A stretch of 64,000 bases of DNA from Cyanophora paradoxa CCMP329 (taxonomy: Eukaryota; Plantae; Glaucophyta): contig QPMI01000619.1 in assembly GCA_004431415.1 (NCBI GenBank), positions 57,824 to 121,823 on the forward strand. Reading direction: 5' to 3'. Made by a program: the position numbers and the translations under genes. Below the pieces are notes generated by a model that worked only from the letters and a program-made list of their open reading frames with translations, ran no database searches and was not told where the DNA came from. This document shows positions 1 through 12,272 of this stretch, piece after piece (within the stretch, counting starts at the first letter, position 1; each line of letters begins with the position of its first letter).

Positions 1-2740
1 ACAAGCGGGGCGGGGCGGGGCGGGACGGGGCGGGGGGCACTGAGGGCGTCGACGAGGCGATGCGGGTCGGTGCGGGCGCTGAGCGCCGAGAAGCCGACGA
101 TGTCGCTCTGCAGCACCGCCACGCTCTCGAACTCCATCGTCTCGAGCTCGCTGCCGCCGGCCCCCATGGCCAGTGAGACAAAGCGTTCGGCGACGGCGGC
201 GGGGGCGGGGGCGGCGGGCGCACGCGGAGGCGAGGGGGTTGTCGGGGCCCGGGGCGAGGGGCCAGGGGGCGGGGAGGCGGCGGAGGACGGCGCGGGGGAG
301 GCAGAGGTCAAGCAGCGCCCGCGTGTCCGCCTCCGCCTCCGCCGCCACCCGCGCCTCCCGCCCCGCCCGGCCCCGCAGCTCGAAGCCCCTGCGCGCCAGC
401 TGTAAGCTAGCAAGAAAGAACAATAGAAGCCGTGGTAAAGAGCTTTCAAAGAGCCAGATCTAGATCTAGATCTAGAGCTTAGCAAGAGAGAGCAACAGAA
501 GCCGCGTCGCGCCTGTAAGAAGCGCATTGCCAATAATAAGAAGCGCGCTTATACTTGGCATTCGATTCAAAGAGCTGGAGCGTAATGAGAAAGAACAATA
601 GAATTGAAGTCGCGCCTGGGTCTGCCAGAAGGGGAGGAGCCCGACAGAGGCGGCAAAGACGAGGGCGAACGTCGCGTCGGCGTCCGCCATCTGGCCAATT
701 AAATCAAAGTGAATCAGAAGGGAAGAGATAGAAAGATCAAAGGCAAAGAAGAGGTAGCTTGAGTTCGTTTCTATAATTAGTTCGTTGTTATAATAAGTAG
801 TTATAATTAGTTTACCGTTCGCGCCGCCGCTGAGAGGCCTAGGGCCGCCACCTCCAAGCCGACGAAGCCGAAGGCGTGGTCGAGGTACGAGAGGACGGGG
901 CCGGCGGCAACCGCCGCCACCTGCGCGTGCACCGCCGCCGCCGCGACCCTGCGCGCACACGCAAAGGCTCGGCTCGGCTCACGTCGCGACCGGGTGAGTC
1001 TGTATTTGCTCGCTCGGAGCTCGCGCGCACCAGCGGAGGCGGCGGCGGAGGGGGCCGGGGGAGCGCGAGAGGAGGCGCGAGGCGGCGAATCCGGCGGCGA
1101 GGACGGCGACGGAGGCCCCGCGGAGGGCGTAGCGCCCGCGGAGCTCGGCCGAGGACCCCAGGTCGTTCGCCAGGTACTTTAGGAACTGGATTACAGTCAA
1201 GCGAGTGTGATTCTGGGCTCCAAAAACATAGGCGAAGCAAAGGTTGCATTAAAGGAAGCCTGCAGCTGCATCTAGATCTAGAGGGCGAATTCGAATTGGG
1301 AACCGCGCCATAGTTCAAGTACATAAACATGCTATAAATTAATACCATCTAAAGAAGGCGTACTAGTACTTATAATTGAATGGCAATGTATATCAATCCG
1401 CGCGCACGGGCATTAATATTAGGCCCTGAGGGCCGCGTTGAGGGCCGCGCAGCTGCAGAGCCTCGGAGGAGGAGCAGCCGGACGCCGCTCGTCCGGCTCC
1501 GCCGCGTCGCCGCGATGTACGCCGCCTCGTCCTTTAAATTTTGCTTGTCATCCTCGAATGAATTTCGCGGGATATCGATATCGATCGATTTCGCACCTCG
1601 CGGTTTTCGAAGGCGAGTCGCCACCAGGGGCGGGCCCGGGACCGCGGGGACGGGCCACTGCCGTCGACGTCGCCATCCAATCCCTTCCCGCCGCCCCTCT
1701 CCAAATCTCTCGCGGAGGCGCCGCCATCTACTTGCAGCGCCTCGACCTGCACGCGAAAAATGCGTCGGGCGACGAAGGCGAAGTCGGATTGAATATTTTC
1801 GCGGCCAGATCTCGCTCACGCGAAGGAGGCGCGAAAATTTGCCCCGTAGCGAGTGGCGTCGAGGGGCTGGCGATCTTGAGCCCGCCGCGGGGCCGTCTGA
1901 GCCGGGATCTACGCCCGCGCCGCCTCCGCCCCACGGCTGTGCATGCCTGCTTGATCGCGATCGCGAACGGGACCGAGCTGACCGCGAGGAGCGGTGCGAG
2001 CGGGCCGATCGCGAGGCGGCGCCGGCCCCGGCCGTCCTGATCGAGCGGACGGAAAGTCGTCCGCGCCCGTCCCCTTCGACAGAGGACCGCACGACCGAGC
2101 TGCGCCCGCTCGTCAGACGTTTCCAAGCCGTCGGAGCGCGGAAAGGGCCGGGCGGCGCGCGCGCGCCTGCGGCGTGCAAGGTCCGCGAATTCCGAAGGGG
2201 CCCACTCGTCCGGACCCTCCAGATCTATAGCTAGATCCGGATCTGCGGCGGCGGACCGCGCAGAAGGCCTGGGACGGGTCGCGGCTGCCGCGGACTCGGG
2301 ATCCCCGGGCTCGCGATCGAGATCGCGATCGCGATCGGGGCCGCGCGATCGCGAAGAGCGGCGGAGGGCGCCGGCGCCAGACGCGCCCCAGGATCCCGAC
2401 CCCCGGCACGAGGGCTCGGCTCCGGATCCGCCCGCATCGAGCTCGGATCCGGCGGGGATCTCGGGCGCGATGCGGCGGCTGCTCCTCGGTCGCCGCGCGC
2501 CGCTCCGGTCGCCCTTGACGCTGGCGCCGGAGGCGAACGGCAGCTTCGAGAGGAGGGACGCGGAGGGGAGGTACGCCGGGCCGAGGCGCAGCGATCGCGA
2601 CGCCGCGCCGCGCACGCTCACGCTCCCCGCGACGGACCCCTCCACGCTCTCGCGGGCGGCGAGATCGAGGCTCGCGGGGGGTACGAGGGCGCCGAAGCCC
2701 GTGGGGTACGGGGTGGGGTCGGAGGCTCGCCGGAGCGAGG
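1..2740 (-). pseudogene. Partial duplicate of the nucleotide cyclase gene (linker, second TM block and start of the C-terminal cyclase domain); continues off the window start
   Basis: Colinear with 21065-24102, introns included. Encodes ELETMEFESVAVLQSDIVGFSALSARTDPHRLVDAL. Lacks ~290 bp (21466-21760 of the other copy) that contains a TM exon, and lacks the whole N-terminal half. Confidence 0.7.
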
Positions 2741-3034
2741 AGGAGAGGTACGCCGGGCCGTTCCCGACTGGCGCCCGTTTCACGTGCGTGTGGTGCAGCC
2801 GCACTAGTACTCGCGCGTCACGCAGTCTGACCCCAAGAGGAGCGAGCGAAGCTAACGCCGGCGCAGCCGCGAGGACCTCGAGAGCACGTGCAACGCGTCG
2901 AACCAGGTGCGACCGCCGAGCGGCCTCCGCCTCTGAATATATGCATCTCCTACCGTCGGACTCTCCGAGTCTCCGAGGGACCGAGACTCGGACCGAGGCT
3001 CGAGGGCCATGGAGTACAGACTGTACAGTAGATG

Positions 3035-3062
3035 CTGTGGCCGGTAATTCACCAAAAACAAT
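3035..3062 (+). mobile_element. Extremely 5'-truncated non-LTR retroposon 3' end
   Basis: CTGTGGCCGGTAATTCACC + AAAAACAA tail, flanked by direct repeat AGTAGATG (3027-3034 / 3063-3070). Confidence 0.7.
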
Positions 3063-3146
3063 AGTAGATGTGCTCTTCGCGCTTATAGTAATGTCAGCAG
3101 TCTAATATGAATGATCATGAATCGAAGGCGGACCGGCTACGTATAC

Positions 3147-3926
3147 TCGTGGTCGTACCCGTCGCCGGCTTGCCGTGCCTGCGTCTCCTTCTACTTCCCT
3201 CCGGCGGTTTGCCGGGCCGGACCCTCCGGCCTTTGTTCTTGATACCGGACCGCCGCCTTTGCCTTCGTCTTCTGCTTCGCTGGTCGTATCCCGCCGGCGC
3301 CGGCGTACTTCGTCTTATAGTTTAGTTCGGTCTAGTTCGGATTCTGATCGTAGTGTTGATGCTAGAGTTAGTTTCAATACTAGCTATAGTTCTCGTGCTC
3401 GACCTGTTGTTCGCCGTCGTTTGCAATTCGACTGCCCGCCTCGACCCCGGCCGCTTTAGTGATTCCTTTGACTGTCCTTTTGCCTGCTCTTGATCCGCCT
3501 GCTCCGCCTCCTGTGTCCTCCTCGACCTCGTGCCGTAGCTCTGCCCTTTCGCGTCGTCCTGCTTCGCCTCCGCCTCCGCGTCGTCTTGTTGTTCCTCTTA
3601 CTTGTCTGCTTCCTGTTATTTATCTTTCTCAAATTTGTCCTCCGCTTCTTAGTGATGTAATTCCTTCCGATATTGATGGTATCTCTAGCTCTGGCTCTTC
3701 TTCGTGTCAGTCATCCTCTGTCCCTAGATCTGCTCGATTTCTCGTCTCTTCTCGATCTGTCTCGAGCTCTGTGTCTTTTCTTTTTTATTGTCAATTTTGG
3801 CTCTTTGTCTTATCTTTCTTCGTGCTCTTGTCTTAGTTATTTTGCTTTTTTGTCTTTATGCCCCCTGGGCAGCCCCCGCAGTGCTGGTGTCTAGAGACTG
3901 TGGCCGGTAATTCACCAAAAAAAAAA
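3147..3926 (+). mobile_element. 5'-truncated non-LTR retroposon copy
   Basis: Ends CTGTGGCCGGTAATTCACC-A10. 9-bp TSD TACGTATAC (3138-3146 / 3927-3935). Homologous to 18960-19762. Confidence 0.85.
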
Positions 3927-3970
3927 TACGTATACCGTAATCCAGAATATTAAGGTCTGCACTTTATTAC

Positions 3971-4160
3971 GTCGTCCCCAAATTATGTCTTTTTTTTTGG
4001 GTGAATTACCGGCCACAGCCTCTAGTCGCCGAAAACTTGACATGACGACATAATTTGGGGACGACATAGTAGGGCGTGCTTAGTGCTTGCTATACCCCCC
4101 CCAATTTTACCGCCCCATACAAGCCTGAAAATTTCATGCTGACATAATTTGGGGACGTCA
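3971..4160. repeat. Inverted/direct GACATAATTTGGGGACG repeats (probable DNA-transposon subterminal repeats)
   Basis: 3971-3989 is the reverse complement of 4047-4065; a third copy lies at 4141-4157. Confidence 0.6.
3990..4024 (-). mobile_element. Short antisense copy of the same retroposon 3' end
   Basis: Poly-T followed by GGGTGAATTACCGGCCACAGCCTCTA, the reverse complement of the family 3' terminus. Confidence 0.75.
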
Positions 4161-4410
4161 TATTTCTCATAGAGAAGGGTCCGGATTTCAAACGACATAA
4201 ATTTGACCGTCATATTTTCCTGGATTACGGTAGAATGCTTTCAAGTGTGGACTTGGGAACTTGAATCGGAAGGTTCGGATCCCGGGATTCCCGGCGATTT
4301 CCCCGCCGTTTCGAATTCCCGGGGCTTTCCGGCCTCTGCCTCCTAGTACCTGTAAAAAATCGGAAAAAAGAACCCGGGACCGTTTGGAGCCGCTGCGCAT
4401 TCCGGCGCCG

Positions 4411-4465
4411 GCCGGCGGTTCCATGCGCTGGCCGGCGGTTCCATGCGCTGGCCGGCGGTTCTATG
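4411..4465. repeat. 20-bp tandem repeat (~2.7 copies)
   Basis: GGCCGGCGGTTCCATGCGCT repeated. Confidence 0.85.
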
Positions 4466-5084
4466 TACCGCGGCTAGTAGCCGACTACTAGTACCGCCCC
4501 GCGGGGCGCGGCCCCCGCCTATATATATATCAGCGTATCACAAGCTCGTAGCTATACCGGTAGCTACCAGTACTAGAAGGCTAGTAGGAGCTGGAGCTGG
4601 CTTGCGCTCACTCATGATCAGGCTGGCAAGATCAAGACTGAGTCAGGAGTCAGGACTCAGGAGCCTCGAGCTCGGCCGCGGACTAGTACTCCGGGAGATC
4701 CGGGTCCGACGGTCCCGGGGCCCGGACGGTCCGCCTGGCTGGAGCCGCTGGACTCGCCGGCGAGTCGCCGCCGCTCGAGCAGAGTCGAGCTCAGCGGCTG
4801 GCTGGCCGCCGGGCTTTACTACCTAGGAGCACTGAGCCCAACTCAGGCTTGCCGACCCTACTAGGAGCACTGAGCCCAATAATCCACCCTCCTTCTGTTT
4901 ACCGGCCCTCGCATCTTCGATCTCCGCCGGGCCGAGGCTCAGTCCAGAATCCAGATCGATCTGCCGCTGACTGCCGGTCGCGGCCCTGCGCAAGTTAGTA
5001 GCACAACTCCGCAGCACAACGACGCGAAGCCGCCGCCCGCGTGCCCGTACGTACACGTATAGGCCCCGAGGTGCACGCATCTTA

Positions 5085-8000
5085 TGGCCGCGAGTAACGC
5101 GTGAGGTGTGCGCTTCTTCAGGTTTCGAACAACCCCTCAGGGCCTGCATCCATCGACATCATGGGAGGAAGTGCGTTTGCGTTTGATCGCACATTTTAAC
5201 ACATTCCGAAGTCCTAATCTGCACATTGTGTTAGACTCGTCCTGCTACGCTTCCTACGACTGCAAGGCATCAACCGCTCTGTGGCATCAGAGCAACATCG
5301 GTGAAGACGACGCGAAGGCCCAGTGCCTAGCCAGTGGAGGCAAGTCTGTCACTATTGAATACAGTACTACGGTACGTACTTCGATTGCGTCAATCTCGAT
5401 GCTGGCCCCGAAACGCAGGTACGGATGCGCGCGCGTGTAATGATGTATGATGTATGATCAAGAGTTTTTGATGAATAAATGCATATGCGTAGACGATGAC
5501 GTCGACGGCGCCCAGTAACGCGGTCAATGTGGCGACGGGCGCGTTAGCGACGTCGAGCACCAAGTATGGCGACAGCGCGGGCCCCGACAAGGCCATCGGT
5601 GCGCACAATCATAACATTTCGCCCGCCCGATAATGGAGCGCGTCCCAAGACCAATCGTAACCCTGCAACCCTCGCGCGATTGCTCAGACGGCAACACTAC
5701 GCCCACCTGGAGTGGCTCGATCTTCTCGACCCGTGACGACGACACGGCGTCGAAGCTAATGATCGACTTCCAGGCGAGTATTTGATCGTTAATATTGTAC
5801 AAGCTTAGCGCGAGTGCTGATTTGCACACGTTGCAATTGTCCTCGATTCGCAGGTCGATGCGATAGTGTCAAGCATCGATGTTCACGGGGTGCGCATAAT
5901 ATGATCATGATGCTCGCACTGGTGGCGGCGCGCTCCGTTAAGCCCCTCTGAACGCACTACTGAAAATGACTAAGCCCCTCGTTCAGACCGGCTGACCCAG
6001 AATGTCAGCCTTTTCCTTAGAGGCTGATCTTTTTTGTGAGCTGAGCTGAGTTCTCGCCCAGTTCAGCCCGGTCTGAACGCTCTCTTCAGCCTCGGTTCAG
6101 CACCGTCTGAACAGCAAGGGTCTTATGCCGCTCGCTCAGCCCAGCCCATAGCGCAGCTTTACGTAGATTGCTCTAGAGCGCTCTACGCAACCTGGGCGCC
6201 CGCCGCGCGTTGCACGACTACGTGAAATCACTCAATGCACTTCGCAACACATACTGAGCACACAGAGGCGTGTGGTGCGCTACGAGAGACTGCGCTGTGG
6301 CTGAAAGAGCGCGCGCTCGGCCGGCGAGTGACGCGCGAGGCTCAGCGGCTGCCGTTGAACGTTAGCTATAGTGTACCTGTGATGTCCTGAGCTCTCTCGC
6401 ACCACGCTTTGCGCCGCCCAGCGAGGTCCAGCTGTCGACGCTCTCGGTCCGCGATCCAGAGGCCAAGCTGTTGCAGAACTACCTAGCTAAGGTCTGTTGT
6501 GCTAGCTGCGCCGAGGGCGCGCTGCGGGATCCGGAGGCCTTCTGTTTGAGACGGAGGGCTCAAGCGGACGCTCGAAGACCTGTATCCCCCTGGCCGAGAA
6601 AGCCTCAGAAAGGGCTGAGCGACGGGCTGAGAGCAGTCTCAGCTGGCGGACCAGCGGTTCAGACCCTCGCAAAGGGCTGATACTCCTGTCAGCCCGTCGC
6701 TCAGCCTGAACGGCTGGGTACTCGCACAATGCCGTTGTCTTGGCAAGCACACGAGGCGCGGCATTCCAGCGCGCGGGGAGAGCCTCTGCGACAGCAGCAG
6801 GCCCTAAGGGGGCATCAGCGTCGATGCCTGCTCCCCGAAGCTCAAGAGATTGCTCGGAGTCCGCGCGACGAGCAATGAAGGTACGCGCGCCTCGCTCGGG
6901 CGCGCTCCGCTCTCTGAAGCAAGCTAGGCGGCTCTCTCACATCTTCAGCGCATCAGGTCCTTTCTCCGATCAAGCCGCCTCAAGATCCTGCGCGGTCGTC
7001 CCCTCGGCCTTCATGAGTGATCCGGAGGTGCGCCCTGCTTTCTAAGCTTTCCTTCTGCCCTAGCTAAGGGACTTATGCCTTCAGCGACACTCGGGGATGT
7101 CCGGCTGCGCCCAGCTGCGTCCGGCTAAGGTGAACGACTCTAACGAACGACTCTGAGGTGCGCCCGAAGGCTTGAGTCCAGTGCTGCTCGCTAATGCTCT
7201 CTAGAATGCTCTCGTTTGCCTGCTCCGCGACCGGCGCCGCGAGCCTGCTCTACCTAGCTCTCTCTCACTTGCCAAGTCAGGACGCGCGACGAGGCGAGCG
7301 CAGGCGACCCGAATCGCGGCGCCTTCGCGGCGGGGGCGGCCGGGGCGCAGCGGTGGCCCTTCTCTCGCTTCGTGCGCGGCTCCCCGCCTTTCAGCGCCGC
7401 GCCCCGCGCGACGAGGCGAGCGCAGCGGCGGCCCTTCTCTCGCTTGGTACGCGACTCCCCGCCCTTCAGCGCCGCGCCCCGCGCGACGAGGCGAGCGCAG
7501 GCGACCCGAATCGCGGCGCCTTCGCGGCGGGGGCGGCCGGGGCGCAGCGGCGACCCCTTCTCTCGCTTCGTGCGCGGCTCCCCGCCCTTCAGCGCCGCGC
7601 CCCGCGCGACGAGGCGAGCGCAGCGGCGGCCCTTCTCTCGCTTGGTACGCGACTCCCCGCCCTTCAGCGCCGCGCCCCGCGCGACGAGGCGAGCGCAGGC
7701 GACCCGAATCGCGGCGCCTTCGCGGCGGGGGCGGCCTGGGCGCAGCGGCGGCCCTTCTCTCGCTTCGTGCGCGCCTCCCCGCCCTTCAGCGCCGCGCCCC
7801 GCAGGCGAGCGCAGGCGACCCGAATCGCGGCGCCTTCACGGCGAGGGCGGCCTGGGCGCAGCGGCGGCCCTTCTCTCGCTTCGTGCGCGCCTCCCCGCCC
7901 TTCAGCGCCGCGCCCCGCGCGACGAGGCGAGCGCAGGCGACCCGAATCGCGGCGCTTCGCGGCGGGGGCGGCCGGGCGCAAAGGCGGCCCTTCTTTCGTG

Positions 8001-10454
8001 CGCTCCCCCCCCCCCCCTCCCCCCCCCCCCCGCCCCTTTCTAGAGCTAGACGCCATGCGACGCCCTCTAGAGCTAGACAGCGGGGCCGCAGCCCTGGCGA
8101 CGGCTCTCAGGTGCCGCCGCTGGTGCCTTGTCCCGCTGTCTCCTAGCCGCCCTGTGTATATATATCTTACTTTTATGCAATGGAGCTTACTCGATTGCAA
8201 TTGAGCACAGAAGTCCCGAGCTGGGGTGCGTCGGCGGCGGTCACAGAGGCCAAGTTCGCAGCTGCAAGCAAGGTTCGCGAGTCTCTCTCCTGCCCGACGC
8301 CCTCTAGAGCTAGACAGCGGGGCCCCAGCCCTGGCGGCGGCTCTCAGGTGCCGTTGCCGGTGCAAGGCCACGCTGTCCAGATAGATCTATAGATTCCTTG
8401 CGGGCGCACGCCCCTGATTGTTTTGCAAAGGCTAACTCCACTATCAGGCGCCGGTCAGCCCCCCACGGGCCCGCCCCGCGGCCGCCCCGGCCCGCCCCGC
8501 CCGCCCCGCCCGCCCGCCCCGCCCCGCCCGCCCCGCGGCCGCCCGCCCCGCGGCCGCCCCGCCCGCCCCGCGGCCCCCCGCCCCGCGGCCCCCCGCCCCG
8601 CGGCCGCCCGCCCCGCGGCCGCCCGCCCCGCCCCTCCCCGCCCGCCCGGCTCGCCCCGCGGCCGACCCGCCCGCCCGCGGCCGCCCCGCCCCGCGGCCGC
8701 CCCGCCCCGCGGCCGCCCCGCCCCGCAGCCGCCCGCAGCCGCGCCCGCCCTCCCCGTCCGCCCCGCGGCCGACAAACTAGATTGTATGAATAAAGTGTAA
8801 TGCTAGCTGGCTTCTCAGAAGTGAGAGATGCAGAGGGTGCAGGGTGGGAAGGGTAGGGCCGGGCCGGGTGGCCGCGCTAGCAGCCACGCTGGCCACACCA
8901 GAAGGGTCTGAACAGTCCGTCCGTTCAGCTGTGACTGAACAGGGGTTGAGAGGCTGAATTTCCTACTTAGGCCTATAGTAAGGCGAAAAGAGTAAAAATA
9001 AGGCTTTTGTTCAGTCCTTTCCGCTATAGGTCTGAGTTGCTGAATATTTAGTCAGCCGGTCTGAACGAGGGGCTTAGTCATTTTCAGTAGTGCGTTCAGA
9101 GGGGCTTAACGGAGCGCGCCGCCACCAGTGTCGGGCCTCCTCGGCGCCCTCCCCCCCACTCCCCGCCCCAATACCCCCCCTTTTCCCCGCCCTTCCCACC
9201 GCCCCCACCCCCCCCCCCCCCCCCCACCCCCCGCGGCCCCATTACCCCCTCTTCCTCTTTCCCCCGCGCATCCCCTTCCCCCCCCCCCCCCCCCCGGCCC
9301 CAATACACACATTTCCCCCACCCACCCGTACGCGTTCTGCTCGTGGACAATCTCTAAGCGTGTGAGCAGCGCACGGAGGGACTGCTCTCTCGCACGAAGA
9401 ACTTCAACATCGAGTTCTTCAATGACGGCGCATCCGTCTACAAGACCAGTGTCGGGAACACGCCTGAATACACCGGGACGAACGGCAACGTGATCAAGAC
9501 GACGCTGCCGACCGCTGCTGTCGGTGAATGTCTTTCCGTATCGAAGCTCGCAATCGTGATATCGATTAGCCTGTTTTAATTCTAAACTTTGGTCGCGCCC
9601 GCACGCGCAGCTGACAAGGTCGTGCTCTCAAAGACGGACACAGGTGCGAGCGGTATTCATAAAAAAGAATGCACTCTAGACTTGCAAATCTAGATCGAAG
9701 GCATGCAAGCTGCATGCGTATGACTATCATTTTTGCCGAGTCGCGAGCGACGTTACCGTTTACGTACGGTTTGAACGATTGCAGCGCCCTTCAATCTGGC
9801 GGAGGTGGAAGTCTATGGTGCGCCTTAATATTATCACTATACATCGATTTCTTGTGCCAGTCAATTAAGCACGTGCACTGTAGGTGTCAAGCAGACGGAT
9901 TCTATTGTCAATGTGGCGAAGGGCGCGTTAGCGACGTCGAGCACCAAGTTCGGCGCCGGCGACAGCGCGGGCCCCGGCAAGGCCATCGGTGCGCACAATC
10001 ATAACATTTCGCCCGCCCGATAATGGAGCGCGTCCCAAGACCAATCGTAACCCTGCAACCCTCGCGCGATTGCTCAGACGGCAACACTACGCCCACCTGG
10101 AGTGGCTCGATCTTCTCGACCCGTGACGACGACACGGCGTCGAAGCTAACGATCGACTTCCAGGCGAGTATTTGATCGTTAATATTGTACAAGCTTAGCG
10201 CGAGTGCTGATTTGCACACGTTGCAATTGTCCTCGATTCGCAGGGCGATGCGATAGTGTCAAGCATCGATGTTCACGGGGTGCGCATAATATGATCATGA
10301 TGCTCGGGCCTCCTCGGCGCCCTCCCCCCCACTCCCCGCCCCAATACCCCCCCTTTTCCCCGCCCTTCCCACCGCCCCCACCCCCCCCCCACCCCCCCGC
10401 GGCCCCATTACCCCCTCTTTCCCTCTTTCCCCCGCGCATCCCCTTCCCCCCCTT

Positions 10455-10485
<31 letters not shown>

Positions 10486-11360
10486 CCCCAATACACACCT
10501 TTCCCCCACCCACCCGTACGCGTTCTGCTCGTGGACAATCTCTAAGCGTGTGAGCAGCGCACGGAGGGACTGCTCTCTCGCACGAAGAACTTCAACATCG
10601 AGTTCTTCAATGACGGCGCATCCGTCTACAAGACCAGTGTCGGGAACACGCCTGAATACACCGGGACGAACGGCAACGTGATCAAGACGACGCTGCCGAC
10701 CGCTGCTGTCGGTGAATGTCTTTCCGTATCGAAGCTCGCAATCGTGATATCGATTAGCCTGTTTTAATTCTAAACTTTGGTCGCGCCCGCACGCGCAGCT
10801 GACAAGGTCGTGCTCTCAAAGACGGACACAGGTGCGAGCAGTGTTCAGAAAAAAAGAATGCACTCTAGACTTGCAAATCTAGATCGAAGGCATGCAAGCT
10901 GGATGCATATGATTATCATTTCCGCGAGTGACGTTAACGTGAACGATTGCAGCGCCCTTCAATCTGGCGGAGGTCGAAGTCTATGGTGCGCCTCGACAAA
11001 TGCATGATCACATGCGTATACGTATACGTAGCGCATGAGCACACCTTCCGGTCGCAGGGAAACGTTCGTACGTGTCCGTTCTGGACGAGCAAATGCAAGA
11101 AGTTGATCATGAGGTGCCGCTATGTAATTATGTAGAGCTCTTTGCATGACTGACTCATTCCACTTCCTGTCGGCAGGATCCGGAGTGCGACATTGACGCT
11201 TTTGAGGTACAATTTTTATGCCCTCAGATCATCGGATAGACTGAGCCATAGACTGAGCCTCCGTTCGCGCCCCAGGATGACATCGACGGAGACTGCGAGC
11301 CCGCCTCCGCTGACTGCGGCGCCGACCTGGAGTGACGACGACTCGATGGACTGATCATGA
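5085..11360 (+). CDS. Multi-exon gene with two tandem F-type lectin / discoidin (F5/8 type C-like) domains; start and stop uncertain
   Basis: Exons 5493-5598, 5688-5773, 5854-5889, 9370-9523, ~9611-9643 and ~9785-9817 splice in frame to NVATGALATSSTKYGDSAGPDKAIDGNTTPTWSGSIFSTRDDDTASKLMIDFQVDAIVSSIDVHGRTEGLLSRTKNFNIEFF...PFNLAEVEVY. Second copy at ~9884-10985. Matches the FTP-domain pattern NVA..A..SS..A.DGN..DL..R....R..L.EVEVY. Confidence 0.75.
7280..8000. repeat. Compound GC-rich minisatellite inside the CACTA element
   Basis: Alternating ~75-bp and ~120-bp units sharing CGCGCCCCGCGCGACGAGGCGAGCGCAG and CCCTTCTCTCGCTT. Confidence 0.85.
8460..8770. repeat. Almost pure C/G low-complexity repeat (GCCCCGCGGCC-like units)
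   Basis: ~310 bp with very few A/T bases. Confidence 0.85.
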
Positions 11361-12059
11361 TGTCTGAGAGCCCCGGCACGTTTTGCCGCAGTGCGCGCTT
11401 TCGATTTCTGGCGCCGGCGCGCCCTTTTTTGAGACTTTACGGGGGACGAGTCCCTCACGTAGCTCAAAGCTTTTAAATCAAATTGATTTTCTTATCAACG
11501 TGACCGGCTACGTTTGGCTACCGGCTACGTTGGGGGTGCAGCGAAACTCGGAAGGGTCCCTGCAACACATGTACATATTTAGAGAGCGGGGAGGGGCGAG
11601 AGACACGCCTAGACCGCCCTCTTGCTTCCATGCCGCAGTGCTCCACTCTCGAGCTCACGCCACGTGCGCATGCACGCCGCTCACGAGGCGTGCACGCGGG
11701 CGTTCGGAAGCAGCAGAGGCAGGAAGATTTCCACGAAGGCGCTGCCGCAGTGCAGGATTAGTGGCCCCACACATCCACTAGTGCAAAGTGCCCCTGTTCC
11801 CCGCCCGGCAAAATCAGTGGTGAGCAGCCTGGTGAGGGGGGGTGAACATAGGCACGCTCACCATACTAGGCGAGGTGCGACTTTTGGTAAAGGGGCGGTC
11901 TCAGATAGTCGACTTCTGGTGAGGAATGAGCTAGATGTGGTAACTGGGTGAATACGCTTGCTCACCGGGTTTCCCCGCTTTTTTTGTTACCGAGCTGCTA
12001 ACCACGCTTGACAGATTGCCCCGAAGTTCCCCTCGGTAAGACGATTGCGTTCGCGCCCG

Positions 12060-12272
12060 CTAGCTGCGCTCGCTCCCGGCCGGGACAGCCGATCGTCTGC
12101 GCCCGCAACCCGCGTTAGCTTTCGCCCGAGATCGCAAAGCCGCAGCGCGCGCTAGCTGCGCTCGCTCCCGGCCGGGACAGCCGATCGTCTGCGCCCGCAA
12201 CCCGCGTTAGCTTTCGCCCGAGATCGCAAAGCCGCAGCGCGCGCTAGCTGCGCTCGCTCCCGGCCGGGACAG
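12060..12272. repeat. ~91-bp tandem repeat, ~2.3 copies
   Basis: Unit CTAGCTGCGCTCGCTCCCGGCCGGGACAGC... starts at ~12060, ~12152 and ~12244. Confidence 0.9.

Larger units (their letters stand above)
5917..9130. mobile_element. Non-autonomous CACTA/EnSpm-superfamily DNA transposon in an intron
   Basis: Perfect 80-bp TIRs (5917-5996 / 9051-9130), CACTG...CAGTG ends and 3-bp TSD TCG. The empty site TGATGCTCGGGCC is in the paralogous intron at ~10298-10310. No transposase ORF recognised. Confidence 0.92.

Noticed and set aside
7280-8000. CRISPR-like array
   Set aside because: No unique spacers, no cas genes, eukaryotic context; it is a minisatellite.
7194-8800. Long Arg/Pro/Ala ORFs (336, 223, 131 aa)
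   Set aside because: Products of GC-rich minisatellite and low-complexity DNA inside the CACTA element; no domain motifs.
5524-10219. Minus-strand ORFs MCKSALALSLYN... (two copies)
   Set aside because: Antisense to the spliced plus-strand lectin-like gene, which explains the region better.
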